Below, piece after piece: positions 10,131-23,530 of a stretch of DNA of 64,000 bases (its first letter is position 1; every line of letters starts with the position of its first letter). This DNA comes from Epiperipatus broadwayi (taxonomy: Eukaryota; Animalia; Onychophora), in contig JAQFVV010000008.1 of assembly GCA_028023455.1 (NCBI GenBank), forward strand, positions 16,864,001-16,928,000, written 5' to 3'. The notes below the pieces were generated by a model that searched no databases, was not told the origin of the DNA, and saw only the letters and a list, made by a program, of their open reading frames with translations. The position numbers and the translations under genes are program-made.

Positions 10131-12739
10131 CAGAGGTCAGCAACCTATGGCGACCTGTGCCATGCTTAGCACGTTAATGATTATCAATGGCACTCAGAAT
10201 AAATTGAAATAGTAAAAAAATATATTTTAATTACAGCGTCTTTTTTTTGTTGTTTTTACATTCAACATTGAATTTAAGATTAAATCATTATTTATGAGAA
10301 AATAATACATTTAACTTCATTTAAAAGATATTTTTGTTTGCAAGTGAAATAAATTCTACACATTCCCATTTTACTTCTGATAATATTAAAAAATGAGATA
10401 GTAATCCAAATAAAAAGTGTATTACATTATCAATTCTAGAAATCTATTTTCGGTAGTTGAATGGTAAATAATCGATGCTCATTGGTGGCACTTCTTCCAA
10501 AAAAGAGATTCTCTTGGCATATTGACTGAGATTTCCAAAATGTCCCACAAAAGACAAAAACTGATATTCGCTCTTTTCAAGACTCTTGGACAAATGAATA
10601 TGGATTTGTACAGCAAAAGGATCATGCTGTGTGTACATTATGCTGTGAAAGTATTGTGTGTCATACCTCAAGTGTACAAAGATATTATCAAACTAAACAT
10701 GTGTTCATGTTAAAAACTCAGATGAGAAAAGTGAAGCTATAAAAAGAGCTGTTTCTGCCTTCAAGAAACAAAGTACTTAATTTAGTCAAATAATTGGAAG
10801 CCAAAATAAAGCCACCGAATGTAGTTATACAATTGCTCATTGTGTGGCTTTGAAATACAAACTGTTCACAGATGGACAATTCATCAAAGAAACATTTTTG
10901 AAAAGTGCAGAAATCTTTAATCAGTGATCTACCAAATAAACAAATGATAGAATTTGAGAAATCCCAGCTTCTGCAAGATCAATTGAAAGAAGAATAACTG
11001 ACTTAGCTGAAGATGTAACAACAAAACAGAAAAACAGTTTACAACAAGCTGTTGCATTCAGGGTTGATGAAAGCACTGATGTAAATGATGTGGTGCATCC
11101 AGCAATAGTTGCACAATATTATGACAACAACTTACTGGGACAACAAAGGGACATGATATTTTCATTGCATTTTTCAATTATTTTGAAAATCAGAAAATTA
11201 ACATAAATAAAATATTTAGTGTTACTACTGATGCCAGCCATACAAAGGTAGAAAAGAAAAAGGGATTTGTTAAACTTCTTGAAAATCATTTTAAACATTG
11301 AATATTGAGATTCCACTGCATTATACATCAGGAAAATTTAGTTGCAAAAATCTCACCACAATGCTTGAATTCTGTAATGGACACTGTCATTAAAATAATT
11401 AATTTCATAATTTCTTGTTCTTTATTAACACGTGTGAATTTAAATCCCTTTTGCAAGAAATGAATACTGCATATATAGATCTCCCTCTATACAGCAATGT
11501 TCGTTGGATTAGTTGAGGTAATGTCTTGAATAGGTTTGTATCATGTCTGAAAGAAATCAAGATGCTTCTTGATGAAAAAGAACAACATTATCTGGAAATA
11601 AATGATGAAGACTGGTTATGCAAATTGATGTTTCTGACTGATATAACTCAACACCTGAATGTATTGAACTTGCATTTGCAAGGGAAGTGTCAAACAGTAC
11701 TAGAACTTTTTGAATATTGGAAAGGATTTGCATCAAAATTAGATATATTTTGCCATGATATTACCACTAACACCTGCAAGTACTTTTCAAATGTAAAGGC
11801 CCATGCAAATAAATTTAATGTTAACAAAGATGAACTTTAAAAATACATTGAAGCTCTCAGAGAAGAATTTTCCAAATGATATGAAGTCTTCCAAATATAC
11901 ACACCCATATTTTCTTTCCTCATCAAACCTGACTTAATTGATTTAAAGATGACTTCATTTGATTTATCTCTTTTTGAGTTGATGGATATTGAGAGTTTTG
12001 AAATGGAATTAATCGAATTAATGTCATTAAAATTGTGGAAAACTAAATTTGTAGAATTCCTGAAAACTCTTGAAGGGGACTGTCTAGAAAAGTCAGCTAT
12101 CTTTCTCAATTGTTAGATATCATTACCTGAAAGATTTAATTGTTTGAAAAGAACTGCTTGTGCTATGCTTTCAACATTGGGTTCAACTTACTTATGTGAA
12201 CAAATTTTCTCATATATGAAAAATATTTTGATTTCACAAAGAAGTTGCCTAACACCTGAACATTCAAAAACATGCATGAAGCTAAAAGTGACCAGTTACA
12301 TACCTGACATTGAGCAAAGAGGTACAAGGGCAAGTTTCACATTAATTTATTTTAATAATAAAAAATGGCTAATTATATTAAAATTCATGATATTTTTTCT
12401 TATTTAAATTATATATTTTGTATAGGTAAAAAGTTGTAATTTATAATATAATTTTTAATAAGCATGTTAAAAATTACAAATTTAAAAAACGTTTTTTCAC
12501 ACGATTCTAAGTATTTTAAAATACTGAATGAACAATAATATAAAATCCAGTTATAATGGACTTCAAAAGTATATATTAAATAGTAGTATATATTATATAC
12601 TATAATATTATATATAACTTTTGAAGCCCTTATAACAACCAATTTTGATAATATAATAGTTTGTGAAATCATGTCGGCTCATGAAATAACATTGTAACAT
12701 AAGTTCGGCACCACACTACTAAAAGGTTGCTGACCCCTG
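10131..12739 (+). mobile_element. hAT DNA transposon (Buster/Charlie/SPIN group) with a degenerate GTF2IRD2-like transposase
   Basis: TIRs CAGAGGTCAGCAACCT / AGGTTGCTGACCCCTG (15/16). 8-bp TSD GTCTAGAT/GTCTAGAC fits the NTCTAGAN target. BED-finger remnant FQDSWTNEYGF..VCTLCCE..QTKH near 10570-10700; ORF pieces WLCKLMFLTDITQHLNVLNLHLQGK and MLSTLGSTYLCEQIFSYMK. Many stops and frameshifts. Confidence 0.92.
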
Positions 12740-14082
12740 GTCTAGACTGTGATCAAAATATATTTTAAATTTTTTTACCTATGTTTCATTGTATGTATTT
12801 TCCAATCGGTTAGCCTTTTTGGTTCTCCATCGATGGCTTCATGGATTGTTTTCATTCTGTGACTCAGCATTGGGGAAGAGAGAGAGAATAGCGGTAGCAT
12901 CTATTTTATGATTTTGGTATCAGTTTCCAGTATTTGTTCCAGATGGAATAGTTGACTTGCAGAGGTTTGGGACATGAAGCTTTGTTATATACCTACATGA
13001 CTTATGCAGCTTCTCCATTAATGTTGACCACAGCAGTGAGTGTCCAGCTTACTACTGTGTTCTGAATATCTGGATCTCTGGTTGTTTGGATTCTGCATTT
13101 TGTCCGAACTGAATAATAATAATCCGAACAGATGAACGATGTAGAAAATTGCAGTCCTGACTATATCTCACAAACCAGACTGACTAATAATAGAGAGAGA
13201 AACTTTATATACTTTTTTTCTCCTATTGTTTCAATCTCTTATCATTATTTTTAATTTAGATCTTAACTTGAAATGTCTTTTAATTAATTACATTTTTGGT
13301 TATCTTAATCATTTGCTCAGATTCATCTAAGCAATCTCGATAAGACACTTTACAGTTTTTTAATTAATTGAACTATTGATTTTAATTTTATTATCAATCA
13401 GAAATCTTATAAATCTAATTACACACATTTTTTCAAAATTTTCTTTTACAAATAAAATTTTACAGACTAATTTTATTCTAAATTTTATATATTTATTTAG
13501 CTTTTACTTTATAAAAACTCTTTTCTTTAAAAAGAGAGAAAAAAGTTAACTATTCTTTAATTCTATTATATATCCCCTACCCCTCCTACTAAGAAGTTTT
13601 ATTCTATGAGAAAACTATGATGCAGTATTTTTTTATCTTTTGTTTAAAAAAATCTTTAAATTAAGCCACTTATAATTTATTTTTATCTTAATTTTTTAAT
13701 AAAAATTACAGTCATGTACTGCTGTTCAATAGTGGTACAATATATAATAACATAAACAATATATTATATTTTTAAACACTGGTTTTTTTGAATATGTGAT
13801 TTATTTCTTCTAATTTTAATAAAGCATTGTTGTCATTCAACAATAATTTAAACAAAAATATTATCTTTCATTTACTCATGTATCTACATTTATTTAAAAC
13901 AAACATATTTTTATTAAACATTTGACCTTGAATTGTTCTCTTTATTTAGCAATTTATAAACCATAGAAAATGACAAAATGAAGATGTGTATGTATACCAC
14001 AATATATCAAACATATAAATTGTCTATTTCTTTTATAATTTCCTTTAATTTTATAATTGGCTTTAATTTTTTTTTTTTTTAG

Positions 14083-14254
14083 GATTCTGATACTATAATT
14101 GTTGAAAATATCCTTGAGGATATCACTATTGATAAACTTACCATTCATTTTCAAAAAAAAAAAAACTTTGGAGGAGATATTAATGTGGCAAAATTTATAG
14201 GACAAGACTTAAATGGTAGAAGAGGAGCTCTTATTAAATTTGAGAATTATGCGG
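14083..14254 (+). CDS. Internal exon of a PARP14/PARP9-like gene: N-terminal RRM-like domain
   Basis: Poly-T AG acceptor at 14081-82 and GT donor at 14255-56. Open frame DSDTIIVENILEDITIDKLTIHFQKKKNFGGDINVAKF...GALIKFENYA matches the LxIHFQxxxNGGGxV RRM motif of PARP14/PARP10/DTX3L-type proteins. Phase 0 in, phase 1 out. Confidence 0.75.
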
Positions 14255-15468
14255 GTATAACATTTAATTAATATAACTTATTTAAATTAAAAACATATTT
14301 AGTCAAATATTTTTTTACCATTCATTTTATGTGTAAATGTGTAGTATTTCTTGATGTATACAAATGTAATAAATAAATTACAGTAAGTTTTAATCTTAGA
14401 AAACATTAATAATAAATAAATTGAAGAAGTACTTTCTCAATTATTGCATTGTAATTATTAACAGCTGCTTTCACGTTTGAAGTAGATACAATTAACTGCC
14501 ATAGTGCATTACTTCATATTATTTTCCATTTTTCATGAATTTCACATTCATTTTGTCTATTAAACAAATTACTTACTCTATTAGTAAAAGTAGCCTTTTT
14601 TATCTTTTTTAAATTATGATTTTCTTCATGCAATATTTTTACTTTATCCAAATAAATACAAATTATCCGTTACATTTAAGTTCATGATTACTAAATACGG
14701 AAGATGTTTGAGCAATATTTATTTTGAGAGCTTTACTTTCTTTGTATAATAATTGATGTTTTTAAAAATCACTTTTTCATTTAACACCAAGACTCCCAAT
14801 ATATAATTTCTCACAAAAGCAAATAATTTTTTATATTATTTTCTTTTCTTTATCAATGCTATCTTTAGAATTATTTAATAGTTTATTTACATTAGGTGTT
14901 ATGCTGTGTACAACATATACTCAGAACAAATATCCTTTATTATTACTTTTTGCATTATATGATATTGAAATTCATTTTTTATTTTTACTGCTATTGACTT
15001 TATTTAATTTCCTTCTAAAATTTTCGATTATTTGTCTAATGCATCCAATATTATTCTGTTGATACCATTTTCTATATATAAATTCTAATATTTTCATTCA
15101 TATCATTTGTATATTTACATAATTTATTATTCCTGGCTAAAAAAAATATCCCAAGCAGTTTAATTATATACTAAAATAAAATACGCAAACACTTTTTACA
15201 AATTATGTTACTAAAAAATGATAATGACAAAATGCAAAAAAATACATCTAAGTGTTATTAAATTAATTAATATGCTGCTTGCCACTACATAGTTTAAATA
15301 TTAATTAAAATATTAAAATTTTGTTTAGTTTACAAATTTTTATTTTGTTTACCTTTTTTTTTTTTTTTAATAATTCATCGTTGATTTAGTAGATATTGAC
15401 ACAGTGATATCATGGTTCTGTTATATATATAATTTTACACATTTCTCTAATAATAGTTATATGTCAAA

Positions 15469-15540
15469 TGTGTTGACTGGGAAGCAAACATGGGCCAGCT
15501 GTTTGGAAGGCAGCTATGCTAACCGCTAGGCCACCAATGC
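15469..15540 (-). pseudogene. tRNA-Gly(TCC)-derived pseudogene
   Basis: Minus strand GCATTGGTGGCCTAGCGGTTAGCATAGCTGCCTTCCAAACAGCTGGCCCATGTTTGCTTCCCAGTCAACACA closely follows eukaryotic tRNA-Gly(TCC). The T-arm/B-box is damaged and the anticodon stem has one mismatch. Confidence 0.8.
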
Positions 15541-15883
15541 TTGACAAATGTAATTTTACAACAATTGCACAAAATGCTTATATTATTTGTTACCAGATGA
15601 ATCATCATATTATATAGTTTAACTTTCATAATTTTTTCTTCAGTTTTTCAATCTCACCTTCAATTCTTAATAAATCTCTAAATCAATATTTATGAAAACT
15701 ATCTTTATAAAAATCTATAATCGTTCTTAATAATCCCAAATCTAATTCCCTATTTTTAAGATTGCTCCACAATCTATTCTTATTTACTATATCATAAACT
15801 TTTTTTTGGCAAATCTGAAAATGCTGTAAACAATTGTCGATTTTATGTTTAAGATATATTTGTGGCCACATTGCAATTAACTT

Positions 15884-18800
15884 TGATGATTTTTGCAACT
15901 TTATATAATGTTCAACCTTGTTTTAATGAATAAATAAAGGTGCATGAATGTGTGCTTATAAAATTAATCAATATTAAAAGACATTAAAAATTTACACTTT
16001 AGACAATATTAATATCCATAATAAGTAAATTTATGCAAATCCAAAAATAATCTAGATATGCTAATTTGCAAGGAAATAATAATGAAATTATTTATGTAAA
16101 TTAGATCACATAAAACAAAACTGAATATCTAGAAATGTGAGAGAGCAGTACAGTGTGTAATGTGTGTGTGTGTGAGAAGTACAGTGCTTTCAAAACAGCA
16201 GTGTTTGAGTAGTGCAATATGCTGAAGAGAGTATTATAGTGAATAGTTTATGGACAAGAGTTAATAGAATAAAATAAAATGTAGTGAAGAAAAATGCAAT
16301 GTTATTGTTCAACACTATAAAAACTGTGCTTGCATAGTACAATAGCAGGAGATGCAGGAAGGCTCTTTATTTGTATCTATGAATTAATAACCAGCAAGAT
16401 GCTAGTTGGAGTAACTAACAATTTACTAATATTATATTCAGGGTGATGAACTCTTTGTTAAATTTAAAATCTTGAATGGTATTATTTTCCAAAAGATAAT
16501 TAAATGAGTGTACAACTGTCTTCGGTCATTTTGGTCCTTGTATACCTTGGTGCAGTCTCAAAAACCTATGTAAAACATCAGTTAGTAACATGGGCATATA
16601 GTTGGCAATGCAGAACAGTTTGATCATGCCATTCAGTGTAAACAATCTAAAAAGGCAAATATACATTAGTCATGTTGAAAGATGCATGAAAATAATCAAC
16701 TTTGCAGATAATAAACTGAAAGTTGCTATATTTATGTGGATGTCCAGAAAGGATATACTTCAAATAGCGAATTGTCTGTGTGGCCTATAATCACTGAAGA
16801 TATTTCCTATGAAAAAATTGTTATAAAAAATAAATCTATACTTCAAACTAACAACTTCAAAATATATAGCCCAACTTCACTTACAAAATAGAATACAGTC
16901 ACTAAATGAAAACATAAGAGACTCTGATATTGTACTGTGGGAATTAACAAAGGAACATGAGTTTAAAGATCAACTAGAAGAGATGCTAATAAGCCAGTTG
17001 CTATAGTGTATGCGAGATGGAAAATTTAGATAAGTATTACCGAGTCTACATTAATTTATACCATTGTTATTGAAAGAATAATAGCATACAAAACTATTCT
17101 AGCACATGCAATAGAATTTAAAAATATAGCAGATATAATTAAGGCAACTATATCTCTTAATAAGGTGAAGGTGCAAACACCTGAGAAAAATATTAAAGAT
17201 ATCTGTGTTTGCTACTGCTGTAGAAGAAATGACGCATAAAGAAAATGTATAAATTTAGAAAAGAGAAGTTAATAATTGCAGACTGACAAGTCATTTGTCA
17301 AAAGTTTGTAAAAACAAGCAGAAAATAACTAAAATTAGATTTACCTGTCAGTAGTAAATCAAAAATAGGAGTATTCAAAAGTTCAGCAAATATCAAAAAA
17401 ATATCTGAAAGTGAGGATATGTGTAACATATTAGATGTCAAAATTTGCAATCAAATTATCAAAACAGAAACTGGTAGTGGGAAAGGTGTATCACTCATTG
17501 CTTCAAAGAATTGGATAGTCATTAATAATAGTTGTTAATAGGAAATGGAATAACAATATTCAAATCAAAAAGATGAACTTACAGATGTAAATGGGGGGGG
17601 GGGATGCTATTGATATAAAAGGAACAGTGGTAGAATTGATAAAAATAAACAGATGGATAAAGTTTTAGCATAATTATGTAGTAGCTAAGGAACCTATTGA
17701 TATAAAATGAATAGTGATACTATTGGTAAAAATAAACAAATGGATTAAAAATTTAGCATTACATGTAGTAACTAAGAATCGTAGCTCAATATTGGGATGG
17801 AACTTGTTTTGAAGTCTGGGAATAAATATAAGTATTGAACATATCAAGAGAGCCAAACTGAAATTTTAAAGTCCAGGATAAATTTCCATCACTATTCAAG
17901 TCAAGTCTAAAGAGACTAAATAGTAAAGTTGTAGCAGAATGGATGAAAAATGGCACGGGATATCATTTAGTAAAAAGTTGGAGTAAACAAGGCTGCCCAA
18001 AAGTGTGACCAAACTACATTGTGCCATAAATCTAAAATGCTGGGGAGAGCTTGACTATATGTAAAAAATGTATTCTCAAGAACAACTGAGTTTTAATTTC
18101 AAATGAGTAAGGAAATGTATGTTACAATTGCTACATGAAGGACATCCTAGAATAGTTTGCATGAAAGAAGTAGTTCTTTCATATGTTTGTTTGCCAGACA
18201 TGAATAATGATATTGAGGAAATTGTAAAGACATGTCAAGCCTGTGAAGACACAGTAATGTTACCTGTGAAGGAATTAAAACCATAGCTTGAAGCTATGAA
18301 ACCACAGGAAAGAGTTCATCTAGATCATGCAGGGCTATTCTATGGATATATATTTCTTGTAGTTCATTGATTTATACTTCAATTGACGGAATACTGAATG
18401 GTCAAAAATACCAATGCAGATAACTTTGCAACATAAGGGTAACCTAAGCTAATAGTTTCAGACAATGGTACAGGATTTTGTTCAGTATAGTTAAAGAATT
18501 TTCTAGCTAAGAAGACAATACAGCATTTGTTAATGCTGCCATATCAACCAAAGTCATATGGATCAATGTATAAGGTTGTTCAACAATTGAAACGTACATT
18601 GAATAAAATAGAATATGCAGATATTCAGGAGGCTCTAACTACAGCAATGTTTTATCAGCATTTCACACTGAGTTTATTAACTACGAAAACTCTGCCAGAA
18701 ACTATTGATGAAACTCCATTTTAGGACATATTTTTGTGTTAATTCTCAACAAAACTAGAAAAAGGAGATAAAGTTGGAAAGTCTCAAATTTAAGTAGGAC

Positions 18801-19622
18801 AAATTATTAAGATAAGAGACATATTGAAAAAAATGGATACTTGGAATTATAACTAAGCTATTATCTAAGCAAATACACATAATTAAAACAGAAGATGGTA
18901 GAGATGTAAAAAGACATGTTAAACATTTAAAAATTCATTTTTATGAGCTGATAGATATGCTAAGTAAAACTGTAAATTTAGCTACCACTCATGAGAAAGA
19001 TTTTCTAGAAAATAATGAAAATAAATGTAGAAGAAAAATCTTCCAGCCAAGATTCATATTATATCCATACCTACTGAATTAGATAATGAATTACAGCTTG
19101 AACAAAAAGAAAGACTAACCGAACAGAAGGATGAAAAATCAATATTACCAAGACTTGCTAGAGATTGGCATATGCCTAAAAGATTGCAGGACTATTTCTT
19201 GTGAATTAATGGACCATTTTTTAGAGTGAAGGAGAGAAAATTGTTATATTTGAGTAAAAAATTGTATAAAACTAAGGTATAAAGAAAAATAAAGTTGCGT
19301 GAGTGTATTCATATAAAATTAGTCAATATTAAAAGATATTAAAAATTCACTTTAGAAAAAATTAATATGCACAATAAATAAAATCATGCAAATACAAAAA
19401 TAACCTAAATATGCTAATTTATGTGAAAAGGCAGTACAGTGCATAATGTGTGTGCAAACAATATGGGGCTTGCAAAGCAGCCGTGCATGAGCAATGCAAT
19501 ATACCGAAGAGAGCATTATAGTGAAAAGTATTAATGGAGAAGAGTTAACAGAGTAAAATAAAATGCAGTAAAGAAAAATGAAGCATTATAGTTCAACTCT
19601 ATAAAGAAGTGTGCATGCATAG
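15884..19622 (+). mobile_element. Degenerate Ty3/Gypsy (Mag/K02A2.6-like) element: LTR-PBS-gag-PR-IN-PPT-LTR, no RT/RNase H; 3' LTR truncated by a later insertion
   Basis: 15931-16340 resembles 19288-19622 (roughly 75-80%). PBS TGGTGCAGTC 16548-16557; paired CCHC knuckles ~17210-17310; integrase LHEGHP..TCQAC, ERVHLDHAG and VSDNGTGF at 18130-18480; PPT AGAGTGAAGGAGAGAAAA before TG at 19242. The 5' boundary is approximate. Confidence 0.8.
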
Positions 19623-21040
19623 TGTACCGGTTGAAATTGTATGCTAACTCAACATGATTCACAGCCTGGATAAAAGTACCTCGAATCCAACTGTACGTGA
19701 GATCAAAGATAAAAAATACTTATGGATTCTGCCTTGTTCACCCATTTTCTAAATCTGTTAACTAATTAACAACATTTTCGAGGCAAGCAATAAATCTTTT
19801 CTACACTCCGGCCCACTAGCATCAACGGTAGAGCATGAGCCTCAATAAATTCTAATGTCCAACTCTAATATTGATTCTAATTAGACCTATTCATTTACTT
19901 AAATATAGGAATGGTATGTATGTGACCTTGAGTCATCAGATAGCAGCACAATAATTAATATAGAAATGTTAATTTTAGAATAAAATGAATGGAGACGAAC
20001 CACAGGTAGCTTAAATTCACATACAGTATATATTTAATAAAACATTTGTATAACTTTTCTAATGTCTTTTATTTTATAAATTTGTTAACATAAATTTTGT
20101 TCCTGTCATTAATTATGTCTCGAGTAAGGGAGCGGTATAGTTTCATATGCCAATTTACACAAGTGAAACGATTAGAGTTTTATGGTAGATGCCCACTCAA
20201 ATCTGAGATATATGAGACAAATATTTTAAGTGAAATTTATTCAAGAGAGAAATAATGGGATCATATTTTTAGGAATTGGCTTCGAAGAGAGGGACACGTT
20301 TAAATGTAAACGGATCGCGATATTCGCACCTAAATATTTCACTGATTTGTAAAACATGAATAAATTAATCAGTCCATAGTCAATCTGCCATTATGTGCTC
20401 AAAACAAATTGGACAGACCCAGCCTTTGATATTACATCACCAGCATAGACTCAATTCCCCTGCCCCATTCCAGTGATGCCAAGAAATAAAATGAATGGTT
20501 TGCGCCATTAGCAAACCTCAAGATATTTCAGATGAAAGGATGGGAATTGCCAAGGCTAGCTAAGCTCAGCTTGCCCTGGTTCTTCCCATTTTTGTCATCC
20601 ATATCTTGACAAGAAAATTTCATAGCCCATGAAACTATCACATGGTCTACTTTTGATTCAGCAATCACCAAGAACAAAACAAGCAATCAAGCAAAATGCT
20701 GGCAAGGCAAAATATAAGGACTGGAAAAATACATTTTTAGAATTTAAATATAAAATTGTACTGAGCTATTAAAGATTACACAAATGTTATACGGATTGAC
20801 CAAGATCGAACCAACAAGAATAAAATAAGCATTAATATTATTACAAATATCACTTTCTGGGTGGACACGTCTTTCCCTTCAATACAAAATCCCACCAGTA
20901 TTTTTAACTAAACATTTTATACTCTCTTTTACAACTTAGTAAGAATAAACTTTCTAAACCCCCCTCCCTTTCGTTCTTATCACATGAAATAATGTATTTC
21001 AATAAAATCTCATACTTGACCTAGCGCCCCCCCCCCCCAA
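19623..21040 (-). mobile_element. LTR plus PPT remnant of another LTR family, nested in the 3' LTR of the preceding Gypsy
   Basis: Starts TGTACCGG exactly where similarity between the host LTRs stops. 19623-19770 is homologous (reverse complement) to 40240-40381 and 41370-41496. Poly-G PPT on the minus strand at 21027-21038. Confidence 0.5.
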
Positions 21041-22010
21041 ACTAAACCGTATACACATAAATATTTCAAAATACATAATAATATAAAATTAGTTCATCTC
21101 GACAAAAAGGGTTGCTCCAAGTATTAATCATTTAGACCTAAAGAGTTATTCATTTATTTACTGACAAACGTTGGTCAGGAAATAGGAAGCAAAATATTTA
21201 ATTATCTTTTGTTGAGATGGAACAAATTGGCATATAGTGATTTCATTTAAAGAAGATATTTATCAATCCTAAACAAATACATTCTTAAGTAAATAATAAT
21301 AATAAATTTTCTGAACCGCTTTAAGAGAAAGTTTAGCATTAAGAGGCATAATTTTAAGACGGACAAAATGAGAGTAGAGACATTAAATTTATAGCAAATC
21401 AAAGATTACAGACTTTAGTTAAATGGTTACATTAAATTAAGGGGAATTTCGTTGAAGAAGACATTAAAGGTAGCAAAATTACATTATCAGGTCAACTGGA
21501 GTTTTTAAGAATAAATTAGGTGATTAGAAATAAAACAAATTGGGAGCATATTACCTAATTTATTCTGAGTTCTTGTGGAAATTTGAATCCCACAATGAAA
21601 TACGAATTTCTGCACAGGCATAGCTAGCTATGAATTTTAATTTGAGAGTTCAACAGTCCAACAATTACACATTTTGACGAAGTTTCTCTGGCTTATGGTA
21701 TTTGGTGATCATCTTTGGGACAGCGGGAAGATGGGCAGGCTAAAATTCCATCTACTCTACTACCATGCTTCTAAACATTTTATATTTATTGAAAATTTAA
21801 TCAGCATGGATTTTCCAGGCACTCAATGAATGAAAACTATGACTGGCTCATCTCTATTGTTCTCATGGGCTATTTATACACTTTTCTGACTACTTTTGGG
21901 AAATTCCCTTTTTCCTTCACCCAAGGCTAAGTGGATATGTTGAAATTCTGGTGATCGCAATTATCGACCTAAAATATTTTGCATTGTATTCCTGAGATCC
22001 ACTCTCCCAA

Positions 22011-23259
22011 TAAACCCAGAAATATCCAGAGTAAGGGCCAAAAAGCAGGCGATGCAAATTCCAGCCGCTAAATGGCGCTGTTGACCATGCATATGCACAG
22101 GAAGCTTCCACAAGCTAGCTGGCAGCAAAACTGTCCACCTGGTGGCGCTGGTTGCAATGCGTAAGCCCATTTAAGTCACATTGTCTGCTACCAGCACTGC
22201 CAAGAACCTAGGTGGTGCTGATTCCCGTAAACAGATATCATTTACATCGTCTGCTACACTAAGATTCTAGCCCACTCCGTTGGATGGCGTGTTTCTCCAC
22301 GTTTACACACGGAGAAACAGCACCCTCTAACCGCAATATTATTGCAAAGGTAACGTCTACGCACATATTACTTAAAACATACGCAGCGTATAATATAAAG
22401 ATGTCAATAATGTAGAAGTCACATCTATTTAAATCTGCTTTGATTGTTAATACTGTTACATGGAATTTCATCCTGTCATAAATCCATGTATTTTACATTC
22501 ATTGTTTTTAAAAATAGATCTTTTTTTTTTTAATTTTTTTTTCTAAAAATGATTTTTTTAAAAGCAAAATATGACCACGACTATTTACATTTGCTTCCAC
22601 AAGGTAACATTCTAATTTCACCTGTTTTTAAATTAATTTATTTTTTAGAAACGATCTTTTTTTAAAGATTATTTTGTGTAAAAATAATTTTAAAAAAGTA
22701 ATCTTTACAGCACTGTAATCATTAATCAAAATAAATAATAGTTTATTAATTGATATTGTGAATTGGTAAATATTCAATTGTCTCCGTTGTTTCATATATA
22801 TTAAAGTTTGTCTATTTAGAAATTCATTTATAGATTTTTTAAAACATCTAGCTACTCGCAAAAATCTGTAGAGATTACGAACAGTAAATAAATTTAAGTA
22901 TAATTATTAATTCTTTTAAGTTTGCCAGTATTTGGTTTGATCACAATCTCGTAAGTTAATAATTGTTGAAATCTACGGAAAATGTTATAATACATCGTAA
23001 TGAGAATTCTAGACATATCATTCAAGTATAATTTCAAGTCACTACGAAGCTTTTACGAACTGTCATTTTAGTAATGGTTATTAGAATTTGTTAATAATCA
23101 TAACCTAAGATTGATCGTATAATATCAGAGGAAAAAAAAAAACTTTACTTATGTAGACTGCTGGAAGTGATGAAGAGAAAAATAAATATGCTATCAATTA
23201 ATGAAGCTGAGAAATTGTCAACAATACAATCTATCATCAACCATTATCAATCCACTGCA
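22011..23259 (-). repeat. Left arm of a 1.25-kb inverted duplication (reverse complement of 28390-29638)
   Basis: Same peptide from 22628-22861(-) and 28756-29025(+). Similarity can be followed base by base from TAAACCCAGAAATATCCAGAG to CCATTATCAATCCACTGCA. Confidence 0.95.
22065..22291 (+). promoter_or_regulatory. Array of CTCF-like motifs at ~70-bp period (forward orientation)
   Basis: CCGCTAAATGGCGCTG (22065-80), CCACCTGGTGGCGCTG (22135-50), AACCTAGGTGGTGCTG (22205-20), CCGTTGGATGGCG-TG (ends 22291), compared with the CTCF consensus CCASYAGRKGGCRS. Confidence 0.55.
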
Positions 23260-23530
23260 ATATATCAGTAAGAGAACAATAAGGTGTAACTGATTTTATT
23301 AAAAAAATTAAAAAGATTAAAGTGGACATATTGCTAGAAGAGATGATAATAGATGGACAATTGAAATCTTAAACTGGATTCCAAGAGATTGTAGAAGACC
23401 CAGGAAGAGACCACATGTGAGATGGATAGATGAAATAAGAAAGTGTGCAGGGGTGATATGGAGAAGAGAAGCTAAATATTGGAGGTGGATTAAACTTGGA
23501 GAGACCTTCATCCTGCAGTGGATTGATAAT
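23257..23530 (+). mobile_element. RTE LINE 3'-end fragment, a derived copy of 28137-28406
   Basis: About 96% identical to 28137-28406 and shares its diagnostic deletions (AAGTGG^ACATATTG; loss of AGAGA) that are absent from the 24500-24720 copy. Confidence 0.9.

Noticed and set aside
22628-22861. Conserved small protein shared by 22628-22861(-) and 28756-29025(+)
   Set aside because: The identity is explained by the inverted duplication; low-complexity AT-rich translation with non-ATG starts.
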